A stretch of 64,000 nucleotides of DNA from Camelus ferus. Its lineage: Eukaryota. Of the stretch, positions 23,331 to 34,482 are shown one piece after another. The stretch covers positions 2,668,001 to 2,732,000 of the forward strand of contig NC_045696.1 in NCBI RefSeq assembly GCF_009834535.1, in the 5' to 3' direction. Every line of letters starts with the position of its first letter. The stretch's first letter is position 1. The notes under the pieces were generated by a model, which saw nothing but the letters and a program-made list of their open reading frames with translations, was not told the DNA's origin and did not search any database. A program made the translations under genes and the position numbers.

Positions 23331-24830
23331 GAAGTTTGCTATCACCTTCCTCCCTCCTGCGGGCGGGTCTCCTCTCCAGCCCATTTTGAGCGCCGTGTCC
23401 TGCGCACGCCTGCCCACGCCTGTGTTAGGGAGCCCCCCCGCCCCCACTGCCCAAGCACCAGTGATTGGGGAAACCGCCGTCTCTCGGGCGAGCTTATTCC
23501 AGAAGCCCTGGACCTAAGTCAGCAGCAGGAAGCATCCTCCCACGCACCCCCCCCCCCAAGCTCCACCTCAGAAAGGCGTTCGTTTTCACTCTTCACGGGG
23601 TGTAAACTCCTCTCACAAGTCAGGGCAAAGTAAATGTCAGAAACATCCCTTTCAGAAGACACTCGGGAAGGAGCCGTACGGTGCTGCCGTGCAGAAATAA
23701 CGAAACGTTAGTTGTCCCTGGGCCCAGCTTACCTGCAGTGAATTCACGCTGCTGACTGAAAGGGACTATCCAATCAGGCAGAAACCAGTCCTTGAGTATC
23801 CAGTGCGTGCTCGTTTGCACAAGGGGACGCAGGGACGCATTCACCACGCGCACCTGTGGCAGCTTCACCCCGACTCAGCCTGTGCTTTGTGACCTGAAAC
23901 CACCCCCATCTGCACCCTCCTCAACCACCCTAATGCCTTTGTGGAAATGCGGCACAGGACCCCCCCTGCCTCCTCAGCTCTGAAGACTGGTGCAGACTAG
24001 GCTTTTACACCGGTACCATCTTGGCAAATCCATCAGGATGCTTTTCCATTGTTTCCCAAAGGGAAGGTTTTCCACCACAGACATTTAGATTGTTCTCCAT
24101 CACAATCCTTCCCGCATTTCCACAACCAACCTTCTGAATATTCGTGCTCACCTTTAAAGATCAGCAGTTCCTGCAGTAACCGAGCTGTTCCATGAGCGGC
24201 AAGTCGCTGCCTGGCATCCGCTGGTGTCCTCACTGCGAACGTCACGTCCACTCCGGTCAGCATCTCCTTCCCCGCCCACCTCCCACCTGCAGTGGTTTCC
24301 ACGTCTCAGTGGGTCTTGGACATCACCAATACTGCAAAACTTCAACTGCCTTTCCTTTGATTCCCAAAGTCATACATCATGGGGGTCCCAACATCCCTGG
24401 CTTCCTGATACTGGCAGGGTCAGTACTTCTGTGTCTCCCCCGTAGCAAGCAGTGGGGTGTGTAACTCTTTTTTATGCATGAATAATGCAACTGAGCCCGA
24501 AGTCACAAAAGGAGAAATAAATTTTAAAATTTAGAACACACATCAGCAACCCACAGAGGTGCCTGCACCCCTGGGAGCATGGGACTGCAGCAGTCAGGTC
24601 AGGTCAGATTTTGCAGCAAATTGAATCTTACCACCAAAGTTACAGGGGGAAAAAAGGCTATTTTTAAAGCTTTTTGCATTTTGGTTGCAGCTAAGGGGCT
24701 GTGGGTCTGTTCTGCCACGGAATCAAGGAAAAGATAGAAGCGGGGAGCGGAAAGGGCTCACAGTTCAGCAAGAGGGAACCGTCAGCAAACAGAACACAGC
24801 TCAGCAGTGCCAGCGGCTCCTGCTCACTGA

Positions 24831-25371
24831 TGTCGGGGAGGAAGACCTTCCCCTCTCCCTGTCTAGGGTCATCCAGCTGCTCTAAGAATTAAATTGACAC
24901 ATGTCAGGTTAACAGGAGAACACCAGACAGAAGTCGAGTAACGTGTACACATGGGAGAAACCCAGGAAGTATCTCACCAAAACAGCTGCAGCTCTCACCT
25001 TAAATGCCATCTCAGCAGAAGACAAAAGACGGTGTTTGGGTGGATGGCGTGGGACTTCAAAGGCAAGGAAGGCAACGAGCACAAGGATGGAAAAGCACGT
25101 GTTGGGTGAACAAATGCTCGTGGGCTGTGCAGAGACACTGAGACAGAGGGACTCCGATCTCTAGGTCTCCCCGCCACACCCACCCGTTCTTTGCAGATAT
25201 CTCTGGTCGTGGCTTTGTTCCGGGAGCAGGCCCTTTCTTCATTTATTTAGGCAGCTAACGGGGAGGTAAAAAGAAAGACTTCCTGAGTCCTGTTTCTCAA
25301 AAATAATCAGCCTAAATTAATCCTCCTGCCAAAGAGACACATTCTGGGGTGGCAAATTTTGCTCAGCTACA
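24831..25371 (-). mobile_element. Related ERV solo LTR
   Basis: TG...CA termini, flanks CTGA/GTGA, and LTR-like blocks (ctcctgttaacctg, ccaccccagaatgtg on the minus strand) resembling the neighbouring LTR. Confidence 0.6.
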
Positions 25372-25652
25372 GTGAGCACCTGCAAGGTGCCAAATTCAAT
25401 ACTACTCACCAAGGTAGGTGTTACCGCTCCCGTTCATAAATGGAAACCCTGGGTCCAAAGAAGTTTAAAACCAAGCAGCCACCTACTCCCCTCCCTGTCA
25501 ATCATTTGTTAAATTCTAACCTCCAATACAATGGTATTTGGAGAGGGAACCTCTAAAACATGATCAGGTCCTGTGGGCACAGCCCTCATTTATGGAATTA
25601 ATGTCCTTATAAAAGAGATCCCAGAGAGCTCTCCCTTCCCCTGTGTGAGGGC

Positions 25653-26134
25653 TGTTGGGTCCCAGGAGAGGCCATCTCAAAATGTGCCTTCATGGCATAT
25701 TGATTATTTTGAATTAAAGTTACTTAAGAAACAGGCAATGCAAGAGGGACACTCTGACCCTTCTTTCTGCCCCCCTGAGAGCTGGAAGTAAATTTCCCAT
25801 GTGAAAGGAGCCCCCTCTGCATCTGGAGGAAGGACACCTTTATCACCAAAGGTGGGGAATCGGGCAAGAAGCTTACACAAACAAATCTCGTTACTTCTCT
25901 AACTGGGCACCCAAAACCTAAGTTTCTTAGTCCTGTCAAGTCCTCACAAATTTACCGCTTCTTTGTCTAAAAAGTATAAAAGCTGCTGCTTTGGCCACTT
26001 CTTCTGTGGGACCTCCATGCGCATGAATTCAAATGAGCTTTTTTCTCCTGTTAACCTTTCTCATGTCAGTTTTACTATTAGGCCAGCCACCAGAATCCAA
26101 GAGCGGTGGAGGGGAAACGGCCCCCTCGCCAACA
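25653..26134 (+). mobile_element. ERV1-like solo LTR nested in a MaLR (MLT1-like) remnant
   Basis: TG...CA termini, near-duplicate 4-bp flanks GGGC/GGAC and TATAAA at 25975-25980. Homologous to the inverted copy at 19.7-20.5 kb. Confidence 0.75.
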
Positions 26135-26719
26135 GGACAAATAGGACCATAGCTCCCGCTGTGACACCCATGACCTAAACAGCAGTTCAGCAACTACGTG
26201 CAAAGCCCAGGCTCTTCAGAGCTGCTCTGAGGTCTGCGCGAGCATCTGATTATCTCTGCCTCTTCACATGTGACCCATCCTCAAATCTGTTCCATACCAA
26301 ATTTTCACACACTAGAGACCACCAGGATAACTCATTTTTGTGTAGCCCTTCTCCCAGGAATAAAACTCGTGTTGCATCCCCCAGACTTCAGAGTTGGGTG
26401 GGCAAATATACCAGGTGTGAGTTTGCCCCAAATAGAAAAAGATGCCTGCAGGCGGCCACTTGTTGAAGAACTGCTAGGAAAAGTGAGACTGGAAACATCC
26501 CATGTGCCCATCAACAGGTGATTCGTTGAACGAGCGATTCATCACCATACAGTGGCGCTCGGGGCAGTCAGGACGATGACCACGTATTCCTAGGGAGCCA
26601 CCTCCAGGATGGATGGTGACACAAAAGAGGGCAAGGTGGGAAAAACAGTGCTAGAAAGGATGGGCCTCCAAAAAATAGAATAAACGAGGAAAGATGAAAA
26701 TGGGGAGCTCCGTGGGAAG

Positions 26720-27960
26720 GACCCGGCGTCCCCGTGGGTCTGACCTCGTGCTCCGCTCCTGCACCTGCCCCTCTCCCCGCGTCGTTCCCTGCGATCCAGC
26801 TTTTCCGCGGTCTTCAGGATTTACGTACTGGGACCTACTGCGCGTCCCCAGACCGGTCCCAAGCCCGAGACCCCGCGGCCCCCGGCCCCTGCGCGCTGCG
26901 CGCCCACCGCGCGCACCGCTCATGTTTGTGGGTCAGGCGGCTCGGCCAGAAGACGTGCCGCTGGCCCCCTGGACGATCGGGGCCCCTCCGCACCCCGCCG
27001 GGCTCTCCCGGGACCCGGGGCGCCCCGACTCCGTTCCCTGCCCACGGCGCCGCTGGAGATGGGGTCTTCCCGGGGGAAGGGCTCGGAGGGCGGTGGGGGT
27101 CCCACAGGGGAAGTGCGGGGAGGGCGCGCCCAGGGCTCAGCCCCCGAGACTGCGTGGAGAAGCCCCTCGCCCGCGGCCTCCTCCTCCCCGACCGCCGTTT
27201 GCGCGCTCGGCTTCTCAGGGCACTGGGGGCGCCGGCGGGAATCGGGGGCCTCAGCCCCAGCCCCGGGCGCGCGGAGCCCGGAGGGCGGGCGTGGGGCAGG
27301 CGAGCGCCGGGTGGGGGTGCTGGCGGGCGGCGCGCGGGCTCCCGGCTGAGAGGGCGGTGCCTCCCGCGCGCGCCAAGCCCCGCCTACGCGCAGGCAGCGC
27401 CTCTCCCGATTGGGCAGCGCCTCCACGTCGTCGGGGCGGGGCGAGCGTTGTCGCGTCCAGGTGACGTCTCCCGCGGGCGTCGGGCGGGGTCGTCGGCGTC
27501 GGCAGCAGCGTCGGCGGTGGCGGCCGGTGGGAAATGGCGGAGTACTTGGCCTCCATCTTCGGCACCGAGAAAGACAAGTGAGTGAGAGCCGGACGCCGGG
27601 GATCCCGGCCGGGGAGGCGGGCGGTGTGCGCGTGGGCTCGGGAGCGTGGTCCCGGCGGCGGCGGGAGGCCCGGCGGGGGAGGGGCGCAGCGGGCCTTCCG
27701 GCCTCGGGAGCAGCGCGCCGCCGCCTCGTGCGCCGGGGCGGGCGGGCGACAGGGCCCGGGCGGGCTGCGGGCTTCCGCTCGGGCGGCGCGGCCTCTCCGG
27801 CCTGGCCCCTCGGCGGCCCGCCTGCTGGCGCCCCGGGCCCCCGGCTCTCCGGAGTCGTCTCGAGTTGTGCTGAAGTTGTCAACGTTAACAGTTCCCCCAA
27901 CTTTCAGCTTTTAAGGTCGAGTCCGGGCAAGCTGTGGTGCAGATCTCGCCCGTGGTACAT
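26720..27960. promoter_or_regulatory. U2AF1: U2AF1 CpG-island promoter
   Basis: Dense CpG and very high GC. Inverted CCAAT (GATTGG ~27408), GC box GGGGCGGGG (~27433) and CRE-like TGACGTC (~27462) lie just upstream of exon 1. Confidence 0.9.
27534..27577 (+). CDS. U2AF1: U2AF35 coding exon 1
   Basis: ATG GCG GAG TAC... = [14 protein letters not shown](K). 44 nt; donor AA|GTGAGT. Confidence 0.99.
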
Positions 27961-30510
27961 CGTTAGGTAACTTAGGGTCCTAACTGCTGGGGGCTTTATC
28001 CGCTTAACGAGACTTTTGCGTGTTTGAGCGATGATCGGGCCGGTCCTAAGGACATTTGATGTAAAAAAAGTATTATGGAGATTACGGCTTAACTGACCAT
28101 AAAAGACATAGTCTGCTTTTAAAATACTTTAAGATGCGGTTCAAATATAAGAACAAGGTTTTTTTTTTCTCTCTCTAAGGTTGCATTCCTTCCCTAGCCA
28201 GTTGTTAGGTTAAAAGTAAAAAGTGTAGTTTTGACTTTACCATGTATTAATTTCCAGTGCATTCACCGAAGTTTAGACTAAAGGGGATGTTTTTCAACAC
28301 TTTGGAGGATAATTCTTACTTTGAAAACTTGAAGATTGAGTGCTTAGCTTAATCTATTCTTTGAATAAGTGGTTACCATCGGGATTTTTCAGGGCTGTAC
28401 AAGGCTTATGTGAATGTTTTTAGTGATAAACTCCTAAGATTGCTATAGATAATGTTTTAATACCACTTTATCGAACACTATTTAAATTGTTTTCCAGGGT
28501 GCAGTCTGTCTTGTAAAATGTCTGCTTTTGCACATGCTAGGATCATCTGTGTTGTTTAGAAGAGGGGTTCATGTTTTTTCCTAGTAAAATTCACAAGACA
28601 GAATCGTCAGTCATACTCGTTCCAGAAACATTTATTGGGTGTCAACCTGAGACCAAATCTGGAGACTCAGAAGTGGAGAACATTTATTTGGATCTTGTTC
28701 TCAAGGAACTCAAAGAGAGAGGGGTGCTTGTTGCGTAAAGGGTAACTAAAGTAAAATGCACCTAAACGTGTTAAGTGCTGTGGAAGAGGTGTGTGCTCCG
28801 AATGATGTGGCTCACAGAGGAGGCAGCTTGGGGAACATGATCGGGAATGAATTGGCCACCTCTGGAATTGAGTAGAAAAAGAGGCTTCTCCCAGTTTTCT
28901 GAAGGACATGCCATGTTAATTTCACTCTAGCAGATCCTAGTAAGGGCCATGACTCCTGTTCATGCAGGTTTTTTCCCCTTGTTCTTGTAAAAAGCTGCAT
29001 AATGTGGTGTCTTCACTATTTCTTACTCTACAAAACTCTTAGTTCAGAGATTTATTCCAATAACATTTTTTATATTCCTGCTGTAAATAACCACATTTCA
29101 GTCTATTGGAGCTGTATTGTAAAAGTCATGGCTGCAGTTCTGCAAAGTTGATCATTTAATCCAGGTTTCTTGTTTCAGGGAGACTTGGTGGGGTTTTAAT
29201 TTCCAGGAAACATCTCAACTCCTAAAAACTAAAGATGAGGATTCCCACTAACTTTTTTTTTTTAATTTAAGCTAAAAGTAAAATGTAGGCCTCTACCAAT
29301 TAAAAATATTTAGCTAATCACGCATGTAAAGTTATGGACATTATCTAAATGTAAGCATGGATTAGCCTCTATTATCTTCTCTGTGATAGTAAATTATGTC
29401 TTTTTCATCTTTTTCTTTTATTTCAGTAGGTTAGTAAGCAGAGCGCTAGGACACTTCCGGCTGATACACTGTGTCACTGTTAGGAAGTAACTGCGCATCC
29501 TGAAATGAAAGTCATCTCTGGAAGTACAGAGACAAGGATCATTTTAATTACGTGCGATAGTTGGGTATTAATTGTTGAGACAGGAGTTTTGTCCATTCTG
29601 AGATGTTCTTAAAATAAGCGCTTCATTTTGGAGTGACTTCTGGGAGATGCAGTGTTAATGCTCAAATTAAATAATCTCAAGTAAGAGCAGACTTGTAAGA
29701 TAATTTGGCAGATAGTGTAGTGATCGTTTTCTCCCCTGATAAATTCAGATTTTTCCATCTTTACTTCCATCTAATAATAAATTAGTGGCTAGTTGATCTT
29801 CATAGCCCATCAGATTTCATCGAGGTCCTTTGATCTCAATTGTGGATTGGCTATCTCATGGCGCTTGCTAGAAACTGAATCTACAGGGTAACTTTCCCTC
29901 CTCACGTCTGAATTTGGACACCTCCCAGGCCTGCTGAGCCCCCCTGCATTGCTGTCGTGCTGGCTGGGTTGCTGCTTTTGATTTTATCGGGATCGTCCAA
30001 GTATTGGGCATAATAAGGGAGGGCTTCCTGGTGGGGACAGAGGTGGCCTCGTTAGCCCTGTAGGTAGAGTGGACTCCCTAAGAGCTTGTTTTCAGTGTAC
30101 TGAAGCTGGGGGAATTGTTTACTTCAGACCTGCTTCTGGAAATTTTTTATTGGTTTGGTGTCTTGGGTGAGAGAACCTGACTTTGTGTTTTATGTAGATG
30201 ACGATGATTGCATTTAATGAGCACTGTGCAATGAGCACACAGACGGTATATCTGATCCTGGTTCTCGGAACAATGCCAGGTTGGCATTTTCCTCAGTCTT
30301 CAGATGGTTCTTGAGACCCGCACTGTTGGGAAAACTGGCTCAGGCCCGGACAGGCAGCAGCAGTCACATCTTGACCCCTCACTGCCCTGTGTGGATGTCC
30401 TCCAGAGAATTTTATCGTGGGAGACTAGAGAACAGATAGGTTTTAAGTTAAATATAGTTTTAGACTAATTTCATATTCAACTTAAGAGAAAACAGTAGAG
30501 CCAAGAAGTG

Positions 30511-30726
30511 CAGTTGACCCTGGAGCAGCACGGGGCTAGCGTGCCGCCCCCCACACGGCCAGTGGTGCGGGCCAAGTGCGTGGCCGTCAGCCCTGCCTGT
30601 CTGCTGCTCTGAATCAGGTTCATCCACCCATGGGCCGCGTAGTACTGCAGTATTTAGTAAGTGGAAAAAACCCAAGTATAAGTGGACCCATGTAGTCCAA
30701 ACCTGTGCTGTTCGCAGGTCAGCTGT
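30511..30726. mobile_element. Tigger-family non-autonomous DNA transposon remnant
   Basis: Imperfect terminal inverted repeats CAGTTGACCCT...AGGTCAGCTG, with internal gtataagtggaccc. Confidence 0.65.
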
Positions 30727-31001
30727 GTTTGGAAGTGGAGGGGATTGGGGTGAGGAGGACTCGAGTTAGAAGAGAGCGCTCTTCGTCGGAAGGCTGCGTG
30801 TTTGTAGAGGAGCTAACTGACTCTGAGTAGTCCCAGAATGCTACCAGGAAGGGGCAGACACTGCGACCAGTGAACACAGCTGGCCTGTGTGTGTGCGAGG
30901 CGGAGGGAGAGTAGTTTGATAGCATGTCTCATGTTGATGATGCGTTTCCATCTGTTTGGTATCTTCCCAGAGAAACAATCAGCTCCTATTTTCCTTCACA
31001 G

Positions 31002-31089
31002 AGTCAACTGCTCATTTTATTTCAAGATCGGAGCGTGTCGCCATGGAGACAGATGCTCTCGGCTGCACAACAAACCGACCTTTAGCCAG
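31002..31089 (+). CDS. U2AF1: U2AF35 exon 2 (CCCH zinc finger 1; Ser34 codon TCT at 31057-31059)
   Basis: ttccttcacag|, [29 protein letters not shown], |gtttgt. 88 nt. Confidence 0.99.
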
Positions 31090-33539
31090 GTTTGTTTGTT
31101 TTTCCTTTTCTTCCCCCTGTTTTTATGTAAATTGTCAAAACTTCATGTACTTTACAGAGGCAGTTAATAATTTTCATGTTAAGCAGGTCATTTTCTTCCC
31201 TCTAGTTTTCCATTTGTGTTCATAAGTGTTTTGTTTAAATGAGAATGAGGCAGGTGACCCACCTCTAGTGGAAGGTCTGAGAGCATCACCCCTATTTTTA
31301 TCATTAGAGAAACTTTTTAAAAAGAAACTTTACACGTTGGCATGTTAGCTGTGACTGGCTTTCACTGCCAAGCCACCCTCCCTGCCTCTGACAGACGCAG
31401 GTGGGGAGGGCGGCCCGGCCAGCACTGACTTAGCCTCATTTCAAGCCCTGGCGGACGCGGCACGCTTCCTGCCTGGTGCTCTCGCCAGCCGTGGGGGCGT
31501 CCGGAGCCACCTCAGCAGAGGTGCTGCGTGGTTGTCAGCAGAGCCGTGGTGCTGTGCGTGCGGGGGCTCTGGTGCTCCTGGGCGTGTCCCCTTAGATCCC
31601 AGTCAGGGGAACACCAAGTTGTGTCATGTCAGAGAAATTACGGAAAAATGAAACTTAACATTGAAACGTGGGGCGTTTATCTTCAGTTATTCGTGGGCAG
31701 TCTATTCAGTTAATCGAGAGATGCCTGTTACCTTGGGCTTGGGTCTGCTGTGAGTTCAGACCAGTCAAAACTTGTGATTTTTGGTAGTTATTTTTGGTTA
31801 ATTGAAGAAAACACAAGGGTTTGCACCCTTGCAAGTGAATCAAAGGGAGAAAGCACCTCTAAGAGGAACAGAAAACTTCTGCCCGCGTTTGCTTGACCAC
31901 TTGGAACGTGAAAACATCGAACCCCTGTCCTTGCCGACGGAGGGCCCTGGGGCCTCTCAGCGCCCGCGGGGTCTGCCGGGCTCTGCCTGTGAGCGCACGG
32001 TGTTTGTTCACGTTTTGAACCTCTAACAATGTTTTCCTGTAAGTATTTAGGAAAATCAGCCAATTGGTGTAAGAAAGAGACAGTGTTTCCTAATTTATTA
32101 GCTTTGAACACGTCTCTTTCAAAATTCAGAATATTGGAGAATTTGCCTTACACTTTCTGTTGTATTTCTTTTTCAAGTGCCTCAATTTATGAACTGAATC
32201 TCACCCACTAGGCCAGTGGCCACGATTCCATTAAAATTTAGTGGGCTCGATTGTACGTGTTAACTTGAGCCTCTTGTCTTGATTGATTGGTTGGTTTTGG
32301 GTGATCCTGACCACCCTGGTTCTGATGGAGCTGCACTGCTCTCTTTAAGTGAAGTTTCCCTCATTACACAGATGGCCCAAGTGAGACCTCAGATTAGTTT
32401 CCTGTTGAGTAACTGGGCTCAGGATAGCTTTCCACCAGAGTCGTCATGCTGGTGGGAGTCCGGTTCTGAGTGGGAGGCGTCTGAGGCCCGAGATAAGCTG
32501 GCTCTGGGCAGTACTCAGCGGCTTGGGCAGGAGGCCAGGCCCTGGGGGGGGGGAGTCTGGTTAGGGGTGTGCTGTCTGGCTGTTGGGCGTCCTCCCAAGT
32601 GGGTTTCCCAGAGCAGACCTTTGAGGGGGCTCTCACAGCCACTCCCCTTCAAAACGCAGCTAGAGGTGGAACTGGCTGGGTTTGTAAAAACCACTTACAA
32701 GACTGCCGTGGCCACATGTTGGGACTAAGTGTTTTCCTAAATTATGCAGCTTATTGATTCAGCTTGTAAACCTCTAGCATAATTCAGTGTGGGTTTCTTT
32801 TTAAGCTTACAGTGATGTGGACATTAGGATTCATGTAATATACTAGCCTACTAACTTAAACATGGTTTGTTTTTTCAGACAACTTGGTTTTAAGAAGAAC
32901 GGTACAATGTAAGGTTTCAAGTCTGCCTGATCCAGTTTAAAGCACAAGGGCTAAAAGGATTTTTTTTCCCTTAAAAGAAGGATCGGAAAAGAGCAAATGT
33001 TTTAAGCTATTGTATTATGTAAACAGAGATCCCACCAAGAAAATGTGAATGTGATAGGTGTCCGTGACAGTTAGGAAACCCATTCGGTGTCCTGTTTCCT
33101 ACGAGACCAAGAGAGCTTGATGGACTGCATATAGCTGAGTTATGCATTTGGTTTAAAAAATAATAATTTCATATGGGGAATATGATTATAATGTGACTTT
33201 TTTTGACCTCTTAGTGTCTGCTAGCTTGAAGTAAAAGAAAATGTTAGCGTTCTCTTGTTTACCTTGCCTTAAAACACTTCCATAACGTGGGACTACTACT
33301 CAAAGTAACAGTTACAGTTTCTTCTTGGTTGCTGGCTGACTTGACCCAAGTCACTGCTCAAACTCTGTTTTCATAATATGATGGTTTGGGTGTGTTCTTC
33401 AGAAGACAAGTGTCTGACTTGCAGGAAACAAACAAACAGCAAGCGTTGAGCCATTTGCAAACAAGTTGTCTCTTTGCAATTGTCTAATATATGCACAGCA
33501 GCCAGTAGAATTCCCCTTTTTATTTTTTTTTCCCCGCAG

Positions 33540-33606
33540 ACCATCTTGATTCAAAACATCTATCGTAATCCCCAAAACAGTGCACAGACGGCTGACGGCT
33601 CACACT
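33540..33606 (+). CDS. U2AF1: U2AF35 alternative exon Ab (isoform b), mutually exclusive with exon 3
   Basis: Long poly-pyrimidine tract ending ccccgcag|, TILIQNIYRNPQNSAQTADGSH, |gtaagt. 67 nt. Confidence 0.97.
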
Positions 33607-34415
33607 GTAAGTCCCACAGTTGGAGAAATTTTTTTAAAACAATGGTGTTAAAGAGCCCACTCTTAATTGAGACAAACAATGTTGGCTTCTGAGCTGCTGA
33701 CATAGAGCTGTTGCAAACAGGACAAGGTGATGGAAGTCCGTGGTGCGCACAGCAAGAACTTGATACTTGGCCACGTTCAGCAGGCTGTCTGGGGAAGGTC
33801 ATGGCCCGGCCTCTTCCCTTGATTGACGTTGCTTAACAAGAGGGGTCCGTCCCTGTGCCATCTGAACGTCACCAGCCAATCATTGGTCTTTGCAGTGACT
33901 GAACCCCTGGCAATTATTAAGTTCTTTCTGTAAAATCAAAAATCTTAGGAATGCTTAGGAATCAATAAGGTAAGTTGCCCAGTAAGTGTGGGTTTTATTT
34001 CACCATTACGATTTTTCCTCTAGGAAGTGGAGATTTCATGATATGTAATAATTGTATTTCTCTAATCAGTTTACACAGGCACTTTTCTTTCTCATGTGTT
34101 CATTAAAAGTTTTCTGCAACAAGAGTATTTTGGTAGTAGCCTGCCAAGTTGTGTGCAGCCTTAACTGGATTGGAACTTGGAGAATTGTTACAGTCTGTGG
34201 CAGAAATACAGTATTATCATATCATGGGATCTCTTCCATCGCAGTGTTAGGGTGCTCCAAGACAGCCATCAACTAAGAAACGTCTCTGCTTCCAAAGAAA
34301 ATAACTTGCTCTTTTTTCAGCACTGAGTCTTGACTGAAGCGATCTTCGCAGGAGACCGGTTAAGTGTTTACATTTAATTTTCCATAATATAAAGTTGTTG
34401 CGTTTTGTATTTCAG

Positions 34416-34482
34416 ACCATTGCCCTCTTGAACATTTACCGTAACCCTCAAAACTCTTCCCAGTCTGCTGACGGTTTGCGCT
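34416..34482 (+). CDS. U2AF1: U2AF35 exon 3 (isoform a)
   Basis: gtatttcag|, TIALLNIYRNPQNSSQSADGLR, |gtaagt. 67 nt; paralogous to exon Ab. Confidence 0.98.

Noticed and set aside
26651..27970. Several long overlapping ORFs (256-326 aa) on both strands
   Set aside because: They are Pro/Arg/Gly/Ala-rich products of the U2AF1 CpG island, where stop codons are scarce. No recognisable domain.
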